Part shown: positions 1-10,306 of the stretch, piece after piece
Position numbering within the stretch: position 1 is the first letter of the stretch
How the letters are laid out: every line of letters starts with the position of its first letter
From: an uncultured Acidobacteriota bacterium
GTDB lineage: Bacteria; Acidobacteriota; Thermoanaerobaculia; Multivoradales; JAHEKO01
Direction: 5' to 3'
NCBI GenBank assembly: GCA_963713825.1
Contig: CAVQNG010000025.1
Location: forward strand, 480,001 to 544,000
Length of the DNA stretch: 64,000 nt
Program-made: the position numbers and the translations under genes
Notes under the pieces: model-generated
The model's input: the letters and a program-made list of their open reading frames with translations, nothing else
Databases searched by the model: none
Told to the model about the DNA's origin: nothing

Positions 1-1184
1 TAAGGGGTGTCGATCTGGAAGATATCGCCTGTGAAGACGACCTTGGTTCCTTCGCCGGCTCGTGTGATGACGGTCTTGACTTCATGCGGCGTCAGATTCT
101 GCGCTTCGTCGACGATGAAGATGATGTGCGACAAGCTGCGACCGCGGATGTAGGCCAGCGGCAGCACATGCAGTTTGTCGTTCTCGATCATCTCCTGAAT
201 CTTCCGGTGCTCCTTCTGGGACGAGCTGAACAGATTCTTGATCAAACCCAGGTTGTCCCAAAGGGGCTGCATGTAGGGTCCGATCTTCGACTGGATGTCT
301 CCGGGAAGAAATCCAATGTCGCGATTCCCTAGCGGCACGATCGGGCGGGTCAGGTAGATCTGTCGGAAGTTCCGCCTCTGCTCCAGCGCTCCGGCCAGAG
401 CGAGGAGGGTCTTGCCGGTTCCCGCCGGGCCGGTCAGGGAAACCAACGAGATCTGGGGACTGAGGATGGCGTGCATCGCGAAGATCTGCTCGGCGTTGCG
501 GGGCGAGACTCCGTAGGCGGAGCTCTTGGTCACCGGTTCGATTCTTTTCTGCTGGGGATTGAAGTACGCCAGAGCCGACTGCGTTCCGCCTTTGAAGATG
601 AAGTACTGATTGGCGGGCGGTGCCTCCTCGAGCAGGTCCTCCCAGGCCAGGAAACCCTCCTCGAAGAGTCGATCGATGAGCGGATTGGCGATCTCGAGCT
701 CCCTGGTGCCTTTGTAGAGATGCTGAATGTCCCTGATGCGGACACTCTCGTAGTCCTCCGCGACGAGTCCCAGTCCCCGCGCCTTGACGCGTAGGTTGAT
801 GTCCTTGCTGACCAGGATCACCTTGCGCTCGGTCTCCTTCTCGGCGATCTGGAAGGCCGCATTGAGAATCCGATGATCGTTCTTTCGCGGGCTGAAGACC
901 TGGGTCACCTGTGGCTCGATCGGTTGGTCGGTCACGATGCGGAACCGACCCTTGGCGGGACCGTTGATCGGAGTCCAGGTCCGAACGTCGACCGACTCCG
1001 ACAGGTGGTCGAGCTCTCGCATAAAGCCGCGGGCTTGCAGATTGATGACGCCGTTGCCTTTCTTGAACTGGTCGAGCTCCTCTAGGACGGTGATCGGCAC
1101 CACCACATCGTGCTCATCGAAGTTGTTGATGGCGTTGGCGTCGTAGAGGATGACAGAGGTATCGAGAACGAAGATCTTGGTCAT
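1..1184 (-). CDS. PIN-domain PhoH-family ATPase (PhoH2/YlaK-like), runs off the window edge
   Basis: Manual translation from ATG at 1184: MTKIFVLDTSVILYDANAINNFDEHDVVVPITVLEELDQFKKG (PIN domain), later Walker A LTGPAGTGKT. Absent from the ORF track because it is truncated. Confidence 0.9.
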   Translation of the reverse strand, partial: MTKIFVLDTSVILYDANAINNFDEHDVVVPITVLEELDQFKKGNGVINLQARGFMRELDHLSESVDVRTWTPINGPAKGRFRIVTDQPIEPQVTQVFSPRKNDHRILNAAFQIAEKETERKVILVSKDINLRVKARGLGLVAEDYESVRIRDIQHLYKGTRELEIANPLIDRLFEEGFLAWEDLLEEAPPANQYFIFKGGTQSALAYFNPQQKRIEPVTKSSAYGVSPRNAEQIFAMHAILSPQISLVSLTGPAGTGKTLLALAGALEQRRNFRQIYLTRPIVPLGNRDIGFLPGDIQSKIGPYMQPLWDNLGLIKNLFSSSQKEHRKIQEMIENDKLHVLPLAYIRGRSLSHIIFIVDEAQNLTPHEVKTVITRAGEGTKVVFTGDIFQIDTP

Positions 1185-1191
1185 ATCGTTG

Positions 1192-2118
1192 TCAGTCGGC
1201 GGAGGCAGTTGCACGGCGCTCGGAGGGCTGGATGGAGACCATGGTAATCGCCATGACGAGAGTAGCAGCACCCATCCATTGCCAGGGGCGCAGTACCGAG
1301 CCGTTGATCAAATAGTCGAGCAGGATCGCGCTCAAGGGTAAGCACAGCTCACAGATGGCCGAGACGCTGGCACGCACACGCGTCAGGCCGAAGTAGTACA
1401 AGAAGATGGCGCCGCTGCCGGTGGTCAGGCCGATGGTGAGAATTAGCAGCCAGTTGAACCGGGTCACTTCGCCGAAGGGCAGCCCCTGACCCGAGAGGAG
1501 CAAGTAGATCAAAGTGAACAGGGCGGTCAGGCCGTAGCGACCGAAGGTCGCCTGCCGAAAGTCGAGCACCTTCAGAATTCTCTTGCCGAGAACGGTTGCC
1601 GTGCCGAATGCGGCCGCCGCAAGGGCTGCCCAGGCAGCGGCGATGGCCGTCGTCGTGCCACCACTCAAGTCCGGAATCTGGGCACCGAAGGTCAGCAGGT
1701 AGGCGCCGACCAGGGCGACAGCCGACCAGCCCACGAACCGGGTGGTCAGAGGCTCTTTGAGCACGATGGCGGCGAGAACGATGGCGAAGACGGGTTGCAA
1801 CTTCTGAAGTAGAACCACCACGCTGACCTGACTGAAGTTCACCATGAACAGGGCCTTGACGATGGCGAACGTTCCCAGGACCCCTCCGGTGAGAGCTACC
1901 AGGCCGAGGAAGATCCAGTCGATTGTCGACAAGGCCGCCAGGGCCCGATAGCTCCTGTGGAGCACGGGTTGCATCAACAGGAACGGCACCGCGTGGAGGA
2001 GGAACACCACGAAGGGTACGGACAAATTGAACAGGCGGGGGGTCAGAACGACGCCATCCAGGCCCCATAGGACGGCGGCAATACAGATTGCCAGTGCTCC
2101 TTGGTAGGCGGATCGCAT
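1192..2118 (-). CDS. EamA/DMT-family transporter
   Basis: About 10 TM helices, two EamA repeats (LWG, LQP-F, LKE motifs). Start re-placed at MRSAYQG; -10-like TAGCAT just upstream. Confidence 0.85.
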   Translation of the reverse strand: MRSAYQGALAICIAAVLWGLDGVVLTPRLFNLSVPFVVFLLHAVPFLLMQPVLHRSYRALAALSTIDWIFLGLVALTGGVLGTFAIVKALFMVNFSQVSVVVLLQKLQPVFAIVLAAIVLKEPLTTRFVGWSAVALVGAYLLTFGAQIPDLSGGTTTAIAAAWAALAAAAFGTATVLGKRILKVLDFRQATFGRYGLTALFTLIYLLLSGQGLPFGEVTRFNWLLILTIGLTTGSGAIFLYYFGLTRVRASVSAICELCLPLSAILLDYLINGSVLRPWQWMGAATLVMAITMVSIQPSERRATASAD

Positions 2119-2158
2119 GAGGCGGCGCGATGCTAGCACTCTTCGCCCTGTTGAGGAC

Positions 2159-2240
2159 AAGAAGAAACCCCCACCGGAGCTGGGGGGAGGCCAGTGTGAA
2201 GTCTCCGGCGGGGCTGGTAAACACCTGGGAGGTATTACCA
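2159..2240 (-). ncRNA. Candidate small RNA with two C-rich (CCUCCC) hairpins ending in an intrinsic terminator
   Basis: Minus strand: GGUAAUACCU-CCC-AGGUGUUUACC hairpin, then CCCCGCCGGAG...CUGG-CCUCCCC-CCAG-CUCCGGUGGGG followed by GUUUCUUCUU. Lies downstream of Pho boxes. Confidence 0.45.
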
Positions 2241-2272
2241 TGTGTAGTCTCTTCCGGTGACGGGGCGATGAG

Positions 2273-2301
2273 GTGAAGAGACAGTGACAGCAGAGTGACA
2301 A
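2273..2301 (-). promoter_or_regulatory. Pho box (three 11-bp-spaced half sites)
   Basis: Minus strand TTGTCACTCTG CTGTCACTGTC TCTTCAC matches the PhoB CTGTCAT/C direct-repeat consensus. Confidence 0.65.
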
Positions 2302-2349
2302 CAGCCTTCGGGGGTCGTCCGCCCCGCGCGAAAGGGATATAAAGGCACC

Positions 2350-3906
2350 ATGCAACGGCGTGGGATCGTTGATCTGGGGTCCAACACTGCCAGGCTCGTG
2401 GACTACCTGGTGGAGCCGGGCGAGTGGTACCGACTGGCCCATCAGATTCGCCAACCGGTGCGGCTCGGTCAGGGGCTTGGCGAAGATGGGCTGATTTCAG
2501 AGAAAGCGATGCGCAGGGCCGGCAAAGCGCTCGAACTCTTTGCCCAGTATGCGAAGGCCACCGGCCTCGGCAGTCTTGAGGTGCTTGGCACAAGTGCCCT
2601 CAGGGACGCTGCGAACCGCGATGTGTTTCTCGACGGCGTGGCCGACCTGGGGCTCGACATCGATGTGCTATCGGGTGAGGAGGAGGCCAAGCTCGGTGTG
2701 CTGGCAGTGGCCAACGGCTTCGATCTCGAGGATGCCGCCGTGATGGACCTCGGGGGCGGTAGTGCTCAGCTGTCGCTCATGCAGGGTCGACGGTTCGCCG
2801 GGGGTCGGGCCTATCCCCTGGGGGCAGTTCGACTCAGCGAGCGGTTCCTGCTCTCCGACCCCCCGAAGAAGCGCCAGATTGCGGCGCTCGAGGCGGCTGT
2901 CGAGGCCGAGCTCGGAGGAGTCGTGCGGGAGATGCAGGTGCACGACTTACCACTCGTGGCCATGGGTGGCACGATCCGCAACCTGGCTCGAGCAGTGCAG
3001 AAGGAACAAGAGTATCCGCTGATGGAGAGGGTCCATGGCTTTTTCCTGAAGCTCGAGGATCTGGAGGAACTCGTCTCACGCCTTCTTGAGCTCAAAGCCA
3101 AGAAACGGGCTCGGGTACCGGGAATCAAGTCGGATCGGGCCGACATCATTGTCGCCGGTGGCCTGGTGTATCGCTGGCTCCTGCGCCAGGCTCGTCTCGA
3201 CGGCGTCTGGATATCGGGCTCCGGCCTGCGTGAGGGGGCGCTCCTTCGGCACCTCCTGCCGCCTCCCCATCTGATCGAGAATCTGCGATCGTTCAGCGTC
3301 CAGAACCTTCTCCAGAAGTACTCGCAATCGAAAGAGCACATCGAGCTGATGAGAGTGCTCTCGGGCAAGCTATTCGACGGCCTGAAGGCACTCCACGGCT
3401 TCGGGGATCGCGAGATGGATCTTCTCGATGCCGCCACCGTGCTGCAAGACATCGGCTTGGCGGTCAATTACTTCCGTCACGACCGGCACGGTGCCTATCT
3501 GGTCTCGTCGGCACCCCTGATGGGCTTCACTCACCGTGAACAGGCGCTGCTCGCGCAGCTCGTTCGCTATCACCTGCGCGGCAGACCGCGGCTAGGAATC
3601 TATGAACCGATCTGCGAGCCGGACGACAAGCGCTTGCTTCTGACCCTTGCAGCCTGCTTACGGGTGGCGGACCATCTCGAGCGACCGCGCGGTAGGCGTG
3701 TCCAAGACCTGGAAGTGGAGATCGGTGATTCCGAGGTCCTAGTCCGTCCCGTGGCAGCCGAGGATCTGGCCCTCGAGCTCTGGCAGATCGACCAGCATGG
3801 AGAGCTCTTCGAGGCGGCATTCGGCCGCGCGCTGGTCGTGAAGCCCATCTATCGAGAGAGCAGGAGTACTGTTAGTCCGCCTCCCCAGACTGTCACAGAT
3901 CTGTAA
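2350..3906 (+). CDS. ppx: Ppx/GppA exopolyphosphatase
   Basis: IVDLGSNT, TSALRDA, SGEEEA, DLGGGSAQ, GLREG motifs plus C-terminal HD-like domain; pho context. Confidence 0.92.
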   Translation: MQRRGIVDLGSNTARLVDYLVEPGEWYRLAHQIRQPVRLGQGLGEDGLISEKAMRRAGKALELFAQYAKATGLGSLEVLGTSALRDAANRDVFLDGVADLGLDIDVLSGEEEAKLGVLAVANGFDLEDAAVMDLGGGSAQLSLMQGRRFAGGRAYPLGAVRLSERFLLSDPPKKRQIAALEAAVEAELGGVVREMQVHDLPLVAMGGTIRNLARAVQKEQEYPLMERVHGFFLKLEDLEELVSRLLELKAKKRARVPGIKSDRADIIVAGGLVYRWLLRQARLDGVWISGSGLREGALLRHLLPPPHLIENLRSFSVQNLLQKYSQSKEHIELMRVLSGKLFDGLKALHGFGDREMDLLDAATVLQDIGLAVNYFRHDRHGAYLVSSAPLMGFTHREQALLAQLVRYHLRGRPRLGIYEPICEPDDKRLLLTLAACLRVADHLERPRGRRVQDLEVEIGDSEVLVRPVAAEDLALELWQIDQHGELFEAAFGRALVVKPIYRESRSTVSPPPQTVTDL

Positions 3907-3911
3907 CACCA
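3890..3911 (+). promoter_or_regulatory. Pho box upstream of pstB copy 1
   Basis: CTGTCACAGAT CTGTAACACCA, near-perfect PhoB box; -10-like TAGACT at 3941-3946. Confidence 0.75.
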
Positions 3912-3955
3912 CTTTCGTCTAGTCCGCCGCTGGGCCAGCGTAGACTTTCTGGGCT

Positions 3956-4804
3956 ATGTTCGAGTTCGCCTCTGTTCAGCCCGCCAACGATCAACCCATT
4001 CAGGCAGCCGATCGCGAGGACCGAGGACCGGCGATCGTCGCGGACATCCCCGACCCTGTCGTCGAGATCGAGAACCTCTCGCTGTATTACGGCGACAAGC
4101 AGGCTCTCAATGACATCTCGATGAAGATCCCGCACAAGCAGATCACGGCCTACATCGGTCCGTCGGGGTGCGGAAAGTCGACCCTACTGCGTTGTTTGAA
4201 TCGTCTCAATGATCTGATCCCAGGCGTCAGGATCGACGGCACCATAGAGTTCGAAGGCCTCGACATCTACAGAAAGGGTGTCGACGTCAATCGTCTGCGC
4301 AAGCGAATCGGGATGGTCTTTCAGAAGCCCAATCCGTTCCCCAAGTCGATCTTCGACAACATCGCGTACGGGTGCCAGATCAAGGGCTTGACAGGTCGGG
4401 TCGAGCTGGAGGAGATCGTCGAGCACAGCCTGCGCCGGGCCGCCTTGTGGGACGAGGTCAAGGACCGCCTGGATGACGACGCCTATGGCCTCTCGGGTGG
4501 ACAGCAGCAGCGGCTGTGCATCGCCAGGGCCATCGCCACCGAGCCGGAGGTCATTCTGTTCGACGAGCCCTGCTCGGCGCTCGACCCGATCTCCACGGGA
4601 AAGATCGAAGACCTGATGCAGGAGCTCAAGCAGCACTACTCCCAGGTCATCGTCACCCATAACATGCAGCAGGCCTCGAGAATCTCCGACTACACGGCCT
4701 TCATGTATCTGGGGGATCTGGTCGAATACGGGTTGACCAAGAGCCTGTTCGTCAACCCGATCAAACAGCAGACCGAAGACTACATCACCGGTCGTTTCGG
4801 CTGA
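3956..4804 (+). CDS. pstB: Phosphate ABC transporter ATPase PstB (copy 1)
   Basis: [45 protein letters not shown]. Confidence 0.96.
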   Translation: MFEFASVQPANDQPIQAADREDRGPAIVADIPDPVVEIENLSLYYGDKQALNDISMKIPHKQITAYIGPSGCGKSTLLRCLNRLNDLIPGVRIDGTIEFEGLDIYRKGVDVNRLRKRIGMVFQKPNPFPKSIFDNIAYGCQIKGLTGRVELEEIVEHSLRRAALWDEVKDRLDDDAYGLSGGQQQRLCIARAIATEPEVILFDEPCSALDPISTGKIEDLMQELKQHYSQVIVTHNMQQASRISDYTAFMYLGDLVEYGLTKSLFVNPIKQQTEDYITGRFG

Positions 4805-4814
4805 TCCAGCGCTG

Positions 4815-6122
4815 TCACCACTTGCGCTCGGTCTTGCGGCGGATGATGACCGCCGCCAGGTTCATCACGATCAGGAAAGCCAGCAGCACCATGATGGCTG
4901 CTGAGGTCTTCTCGACGAAGGCCCGTTCAGGGCTGTCCGCCCAGAGGTATACCTGTACGGGTAGAACCGTTGCGGGATCGAAGATGCTCGCTGGGATGTC
5001 CACGATGAAGGCCACCATACCGATCATCAACAGAGGGGCCGTCTCTCCCAGGGCCTGCGCCATGCCGATGATGGTTCCGGTGAGGATCCCCGGCAGGGAC
5101 AGAGGCAGGATGTGGTGGAACATCACCTGCATGGGTGAGGCTCCCAGGCCGTAGGCCGCTTCCTCGATCGAGGGTGGGATCGACTGCATCGCGGCTCGGG
5201 CCGGGATAATGATCCGGGGCAGCGTCATCAGGCTCAAGACGATGCCGCCCACCAAGGGAGCCGAGCGCGGCATATGGAAGAAGTTGAGGAACACCGCCAG
5301 CCCCAGCAAGCCATAGACGATGGAGGGTACGGCGGCGAGGTTGTTGATGTTGACCTCGATGAGATCGGTGATCCGGTTCTTGGGTGCGAACTCCTCCAGG
5401 TAGATCGCGGAGGCGATGCCGAGGGGAAACGACAGCGCCAGGCAGACCAGCATCGTGAAGGCCGAGCCGACAGCGGCTCCCCTGACACCCGCCAGTTCGG
5501 GTTCCCGAGAGTCTCCGGCCGTGAAGAATCTCTTGTTGAATCGGCTCTTCACCAGACCCTTGTCCTCCAGAGTGTCGATCCAGGTGATCTCGTGGTCCGA
5601 GACTCGACGCGACTCCTCGGCGACGTCTCGCGGGATCTTCCCCTTCAGCAGCATGTCGATGTCATCGGAAGCCGGCACCCAGATCATCTCGGTCGTTCCG
5701 ATCACGCCCGGATTGGCCTCGACCCGCTTCTGCAGCTCGTAGGGCGTCGAGTTTGAGACCAGGCCGGCCAGCTTGCGCGTCTCGGTTCTTCCGGTGACGT
5801 CGGGAAACTGACGCGTCAGGGAGTCACGCACGACAGCGTTGTAGTTCGCGGCGGCCAGATCCTCGGGGTCCCTTGAGCCGGAGGGGTCGATGACCTCGGG
5901 ATCGAAGTAGACCTCGAGGCCGACGAAGTGCTGGGTGAAGGCCGAGTAGCCCTTGGAGATGATGCTGGTGAACAAGACGGCCAGGAAGATACCCCCCACG
6001 ATCAGAGCCGAAGCACAGGCGAGCTTGAATCGACGCTCGGTCCGATAGCGGCGTCGCAATCGGCCTGCGACGGCGTCGCGGGTCAGCAGTGCAGAGGCGC
6101 TGGAGGAGACGCTGCTATTCAT
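4815..6122 (-). CDS. pstA: Phosphate ABC permease PstA (long N-terminal periplasmic insert)
   Basis: YLEEFAP, NINNLAAVPSIVYGLLGL, ALGETAPL motifs. Confidence 0.95.
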   Translation of the reverse strand: MNSSVSSSASALLTRDAVAGRLRRRYRTERRFKLACASALIVGGIFLAVLFTSIISKGYSAFTQHFVGLEVYFDPEVIDPSGSRDPEDLAAANYNAVVRDSLTRQFPDVTGRTETRKLAGLVSNSTPYELQKRVEANPGVIGTTEMIWVPASDDIDMLLKGKIPRDVAEESRRVSDHEITWIDTLEDKGLVKSRFNKRFFTAGDSREPELAGVRGAAVGSAFTMLVCLALSFPLGIASAIYLEEFAPKNRITDLIEVNINNLAAVPSIVYGLLGLAVFLNFFHMPRSAPLVGGIVLSLMTLPRIIIPARAAMQSIPPSIEEAAYGLGASPMQVMFHHILPLSLPGILTGTIIGMAQALGETAPLLMIGMVAFIVDIPASIFDPATVLPVQVYLWADSPERAFVEKTSAAIMVLLAFLIVMNLAAVIIRRKTERKW

Positions 6123-7494
6123 ACTGCTCCCGGTATTTTCGAACCACCTGAAGGGCGATCACGTTGAGGACCAGGGTGACGAGGAACAGGACCAGTCCCA
6201 GGGCGAAGGCGGCCAGCGTCTTGGCGCTGTCGAACTCCTGGTCACCGATGAGCAGCGTGACGATCTGCACCGTCACCGTGGTGACGGCCTGCAGCGGATT
6301 CGCCGTCAGATTGGCGGCCAGACCGGCGGCCATCACCACGATCATGGTCTCGCCGATGGCCCGGGAGACCGCCAAAAGGATGCCGCCGACGATGCCCGGC
6401 AGAGCGGCGGGGAAGATAACCCGTCGGATGGTCTCCGACTGGGTCGCGCCGAGGCCGAAGGAGGCCTCACGCAAGCCCTGGGGCACGGCGCTGATGACGT
6501 CGTCCGAGATTGAGGAGACGAAGGGGATGATCATGATCCCCATGACGCCACCCGCCGCCAGGGCGCTCTCCGAGGCGACATTCAAGCCCACGCCCTGCCC
6601 CCAAGCGCGGATCACGGGCGCGACGGTCAGGGCGGCGAAGAATCCATAGACGACGGTAGGAATCCCAGCGAGGATCTCGAGCATCGGCTTGGCGACCGTG
6701 CGCAGTCGCGGCGACGCGTACTCGGACATGTAGATCGCCGACAGCAGACCGATCGGCACCGCGACGACCATCGCGATGGCGCTGATCAACATCGTGCCGG
6801 TGAACAGGGGTACGGCGCCGAAGGAACCCGAACTGCCGACCTGATCGGCGCGCAGGGCCGTCTGAGGGCTCCACTCGAGCCCGAAGAGAAACTCGGTCAC
6901 CGGGACCATGCGGAAGAAGCGAATCGCCTCGAAGAGCAACGACAAGACGATGCCGACTGTCGTGAAGATGGCGATGGTGGAGCCGATCCCCAAGATGACC
7001 TTGGTGGTTGCCTCGACCCGGTGCATGGCACGCAGGCGATCGGAGATCAGAAAGTAGCCGAGAGCGACGCCGCCAATGCACAGGAGCAGCGCCAGCAGAG
7101 TGCGGGCGGTCGCGCTGGTCCTCTTCAAGCTCGTGATGTGATCGGCGGCCGATTCCAGCGTCGCATCGACCTCGCTGCTGACGATGTTGCCACTGGCCAG
7201 ATTCTTGGCGTCGTTGAGGAAGAGATTCAGCCGTTCCGGTGCCAGCTGGCGCACTTCGGTCGGCAGATCGGCGACGACCAGCTTGTCGATGATGGCCGAT
7301 TCACTCGCGGTCCAGAGCCCGAGGACGATGATGGCCGGCAAGAGAGCCCACATCAGGATCCAGGACCCGTAGTAGCCGGGCAGGGAATTGAGCTGTTTCG
7401 GATGATCGACCAGCGAGAGGGCACGCCGCCGGCCCATCTGATAGCCGATGGTGGAGAGCACCAGCAGGGTGACGATCAGAAGCCACGTATTCAT
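6115..7494 (-). CDS. pstC: Phosphate ABC permease PstC
   Basis: LEILAGIPTVVYGFF, SRAIGETM motifs; overlaps the pstA start. Confidence 0.95.
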   Translation of the reverse strand: MNTWLLIVTLLVLSTIGYQMGRRRALSLVDHPKQLNSLPGYYGSWILMWALLPAIIVLGLWTASESAIIDKLVVADLPTEVRQLAPERLNLFLNDAKNLASGNIVSSEVDATLESAADHITSLKRTSATARTLLALLLCIGGVALGYFLISDRLRAMHRVEATTKVILGIGSTIAIFTTVGIVLSLLFEAIRFFRMVPVTEFLFGLEWSPQTALRADQVGSSGSFGAVPLFTGTMLISAIAMVVAVPIGLLSAIYMSEYASPRLRTVAKPMLEILAGIPTVVYGFFAALTVAPVIRAWGQGVGLNVASESALAAGGVMGIMIIPFVSSISDDVISAVPQGLREASFGLGATQSETIRRVIFPAALPGIVGGILLAVSRAIGETMIVVMAAGLAANLTANPLQAVTTVTVQIVTLLIGDQEFDSAKTLAAFALGLVLFLVTLVLNVIALQVVRKYREQYE

Positions 7495-7533
7495 GCTTGG
7501 TGAGAATCCCTCCCCTGACCTTCAGACAAGTTG

Positions 7534-7579
7534 AAAAGAAGAGGTCCGGTGGTCCGAACGCGACTGGACCACCGGCCTC
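7534..7579 (-). terminator. Hairpin/terminator between pstS and pstC
   Basis: Minus strand GAGGCCGGTGGTCC-loop-GGACCACCGGACCTC followed by TTCTTTT. Confidence 0.7.
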
Positions 7580-7596
7580 GATTCTCAGAGTGCTTA

Positions 7597-8628
7597 CTAG
7601 ACGTTGTTCTTCAAGGCCCGGGCTTCGTCGCCCAAAGCCTTGCGCTCGTCGTCCGGCATCGGAATGAGGCCGGCATCCGAGAGATAGCCACCGTCGCCCC
7701 AGGCGCGATCGGAGGTGAACTCCTTGACGTACTCGGCGATACCCGGGATCACGCCGGCGTGGGCGTCCTTGACATAGAAGAACAAGGGTCGCGAGACCGG
7801 ATAGCTACCCTTGGCAATCGCCTCGAAGGTCGGGACCTCGCCGTCGATGCGGCTACCCTGCACCTTGTCCGAGTTTTGGTCCAGGAAGCTGAATCCGAAG
7901 ATCCCGAGAGCGTCTTCGTTGGCCTGGAGCTTCTGGACGATCAGGTTGTCGTTCTCGCCGGCTTCGACGTAGGCGCCGTCCTCACGGATCGTATGGCAGA
8001 TCTCCTTGTACTTGTTCTTGTCGGTATCCTTGAGCTTCTTGATCCAGTCGTACGTCTTGCAGCCGCCTTCCATCGCCAGCTCGACAAAGGCGTCGCGGGT
8101 ACCGGAGGTGGGCGGTGGACCGAGCACCTCGATCTTGGTGGCCGGCAGACTGGGATCGATGTCCTTCCAGGTCTTGTAGGGATTGGGCTTGAGCTCGCCG
8201 TCGGGGCCCGCTGGAGTCATCTTGGCCAGCGCCAAAAAGAGCCGCCGGCGGGTCAGGTCCATGCGCTCGGTTTCGATCGAGTTGGCGACGACAATGCCGT
8301 CATAGCCGATCTTGACCTCGGTGATTTCCTTGACACCGTTCTTGTGGCACATCTCGACTTCGGAGCTCTTGATGGCCCGGGAGGAGTTGGTGATATCTGG
8401 ATGCTCGACACCGACGCCGGCGCAGAACAGCTTCAGGCCGCCGCCCGAACCGGTGCTTTCGATCACGGGTGTCTTGAACTGGGTGCTGCGACCGAACTGC
8501 TCGGCCACTTTGGTGGCGAACGGATAGACGGTCGAGGACCCAACGATGCGGATCTGATCGCGCTGCGCGAAGGCGGTGACGCTCATGGCCAGCCCGATCA
8601 CCAGAAACATAACAACGGACTTCTTCAT
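7597..8628 (-). CDS. pstS: Phosphate-binding protein PstS
   Basis: Signal peptide MKKSVVMFLV..., IVGSSTVYPF, ESTGSGGG, GPPPTSGTRD, YPVSRPLF. Confidence 0.95.
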   Translation of the reverse strand: MKKSVVMFLVIGLAMSVTAFAQRDQIRIVGSSTVYPFATKVAEQFGRSTQFKTPVIESTGSGGGLKLFCAGVGVEHPDITNSSRAIKSSEVEMCHKNGVKEITEVKIGYDGIVVANSIETERMDLTRRRLFLALAKMTPAGPDGELKPNPYKTWKDIDPSLPATKIEVLGPPPTSGTRDAFVELAMEGGCKTYDWIKKLKDTDKNKYKEICHTIREDGAYVEAGENDNLIVQKLQANEDALGIFGFSFLDQNSDKVQGSRIDGEVPTFEAIAKGSYPVSRPLFFYVKDAHAGVIPGIAEYVKEFTSDRAWGDGGYLSDAGLIPMPDDERKALGDEARALKNNV

Positions 8629-8714
8629 TTTCGATGGTCTCCTCTCCTCAGTTGCTGGGAATGTCCCCAAAAGGCCGAAACAGCAGCGGCCTCTGCATGG
8701 AAAGGCTATGGAGC

Positions 8715-8758
8715 CGTTGCGACGGCGCGGCTACGGTGGAGTGACGTCTATGTGACGA
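8715..8758 (-). promoter_or_regulatory. Pho box array upstream of pstS
   Basis: Minus strand TCGTCACATAG ACGTCACTCCA CCGTAGCCGCG CCGTCGCAACG (11-bp period), then -10-like TAGCCT. Confidence 0.65.
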
Positions 8759-8769
8759 ACCCGCGGGGG

Positions 8770-9606
8770 CTAGCCGAACCGGCCAGTGATGTAGGCCTCG
8801 GTCTGTTCCTTCTGGGGCCGTACGAAAAGCTCGTCGGTCTTACCGTATTCGATCAAATTCCCGAGGTACATGAAGGCGGTGAGGTCGGAGATTCTCGAAG
8901 CCTGTTGCATGTTGTGGGTGACGATCACCTGGGTGTAGTCCTTCTTGAGCTCCAGCATGAGCTCTTCGATCTTGTTCGTGGAGATCGGATCCAGGGCCGA
9001 GCAGGGCTCGTCGTAGAGAATGACTTCGGGCTCGACCGCGATGGCCCGCGCGATGCACAGTCGTTGTTGCTGCCCTCCCGAGAGCCCCAGGGCCCTCTCC
9101 TGGAGACGATCCTTGACCTCGTCCCAGAGGGCAGCCCCCTTGAGGCTCTTCTCGACCACCTCGTCGAGCACCGACTTCTGACGGATGCCCTGCAAGCGCA
9201 GTCCATAGACCACGTTCTCGTAGATCGTCTTGGGGAACGGATTCGACTTCTGAAAGACCATCCCGACTCGCTTGCGCAGCAGATTGGTGTCGAAGGAGGG
9301 ATCGAGAATGCTCTCTCCCTCGAACCGGATATCGCCTTCGGTGCGGACGATGGGGATGAGATCGTTGAGTCTGTTGATGCACCGCAGGAGGGTCGACTTG
9401 CCGCAGCCCGAAGGCCCTATGTAGGCGGTGATCTGGTTCTTGGGGATCTTCATCGAGATGTTTCTCAACGCCTGCGCGTCGCCGTACCAGAGCGACAGAT
9501 CCTCGATCTCGAGAAGTGGATCCTCGATCGGGGGGTTCAGTGCTGGATCGAATGACTGGTCCAGCGGCTTGGCCTGTTGCGTCGACTCGGAGGAGACAGC
9601 GCTCAT
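8770..9606 (-). CDS. pstB: Phosphate ABC transporter ATPase PstB (copy 2)
   Basis: Same PstB motifs; ends AYITGRFG. Confidence 0.96.
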   Translation of the reverse strand: MSAVSSESTQQAKPLDQSFDPALNPPIEDPLLEIEDLSLWYGDAQALRNISMKIPKNQITAYIGPSGCGKSTLLRCINRLNDLIPIVRTEGDIRFEGESILDPSFDTNLLRKRVGMVFQKSNPFPKTIYENVVYGLRLQGIRQKSVLDEVVEKSLKGAALWDEVKDRLQERALGLSGGQQQRLCIARAIAVEPEVILYDEPCSALDPISTNKIEELMLELKKDYTQVIVTHNMQQASRISDLTAFMYLGNLIEYGKTDELFVRPQKEQTEAYITGRFG

Positions 9607-9613
9607 TCCGACC

Positions 9614-10306
9614 TCACGATCCTTCTGTGTCGGCGGCTGTCACTTCGCTGCCGGATTGCAGATGGCGGATGTCCTTGCCCTCGACGAAGAAGATGACGTC
9701 CTCGGCGATATTGGTGGCGTGATCGGCAACCCTCTCCAGATCGCGGCAGATGAACAGCAGCTGCAAACCCCGAGTGACGTTCGTCGGGTCTTCGATCATG
9801 TAGGTCAGTAGCTCGCGAAGGAGCTGTTCGTACATGGCGTCGACGTGATCATCGTTCTGGCACACCCGAATGGCCAGCTCGGTATCCCTGTCGATCAGGG
9901 AATCCAGACTCTCGCGGACCATCTCGCGCACAAACTGAGTCAGCCTGGGAAGATCGACGTACGGCTTCAGCGGGGGTTGCTCGTTGAGCAGGGCTACCGA
10001 CTTGCAGATGTTGACGGCGAGGTCGCCGATCCTCTCCAGATCGGTGTTGATCTTCATCACCGCCACCAGGAATCGCATATCGACGGCGGTTGGTTGCTGC
10101 GTCGCCATGATGGTTTCGCACGATCGGTCGATATCGATCTGCAGCTGATCGATTTTGGAATCCTGCTCGAGGATGGCTTGGCTGCGCTCGGTGTCGCGAT
10201 CGATAAGCGCCTGAACGGCCCCGGCCACCATCTCCTCGACCAGGGCACCCATCCGCAGCAGGATCTGACGGACCTCGGTGAGGGCTTGATCCATATGTCG
10301 TTCCAT
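9614..10306 (-). CDS. phoU: Phosphate signalling regulator PhoU
   Basis: [35 protein letters not shown]; start placed at MERHMDQ. Confidence 0.95.
   Translation of the reverse strand: MERHMDQALTEVRQILLRMGALVEEMVAGAVQALIDRDTERSQAILEQDSKIDQLQIDIDRSCETIMATQQPTAVDMRFLVAVMKINTDLERIGDLAVNICKSVALLNEQPPLKPYVDLPRLTQFVREMVRESLDSLIDRDTELAIRVCQNDDHVDAMYEQLLRELLTYMIEDPTNVTRGLQLLFICRDLERVADHATNIAEDVIFFVEGKDIRHLQSGSEVTAADTEGS

Noticed and set aside
7531-9555. Long opposite-strand ORFs (e.g. 7531-9555, 10862-12361, 46796-48187, 51951-53234, 62144-63952)
   Set aside because: Antisense shadows of well-supported genes, expected with GC-rich codon usage; no recognisable motifs.
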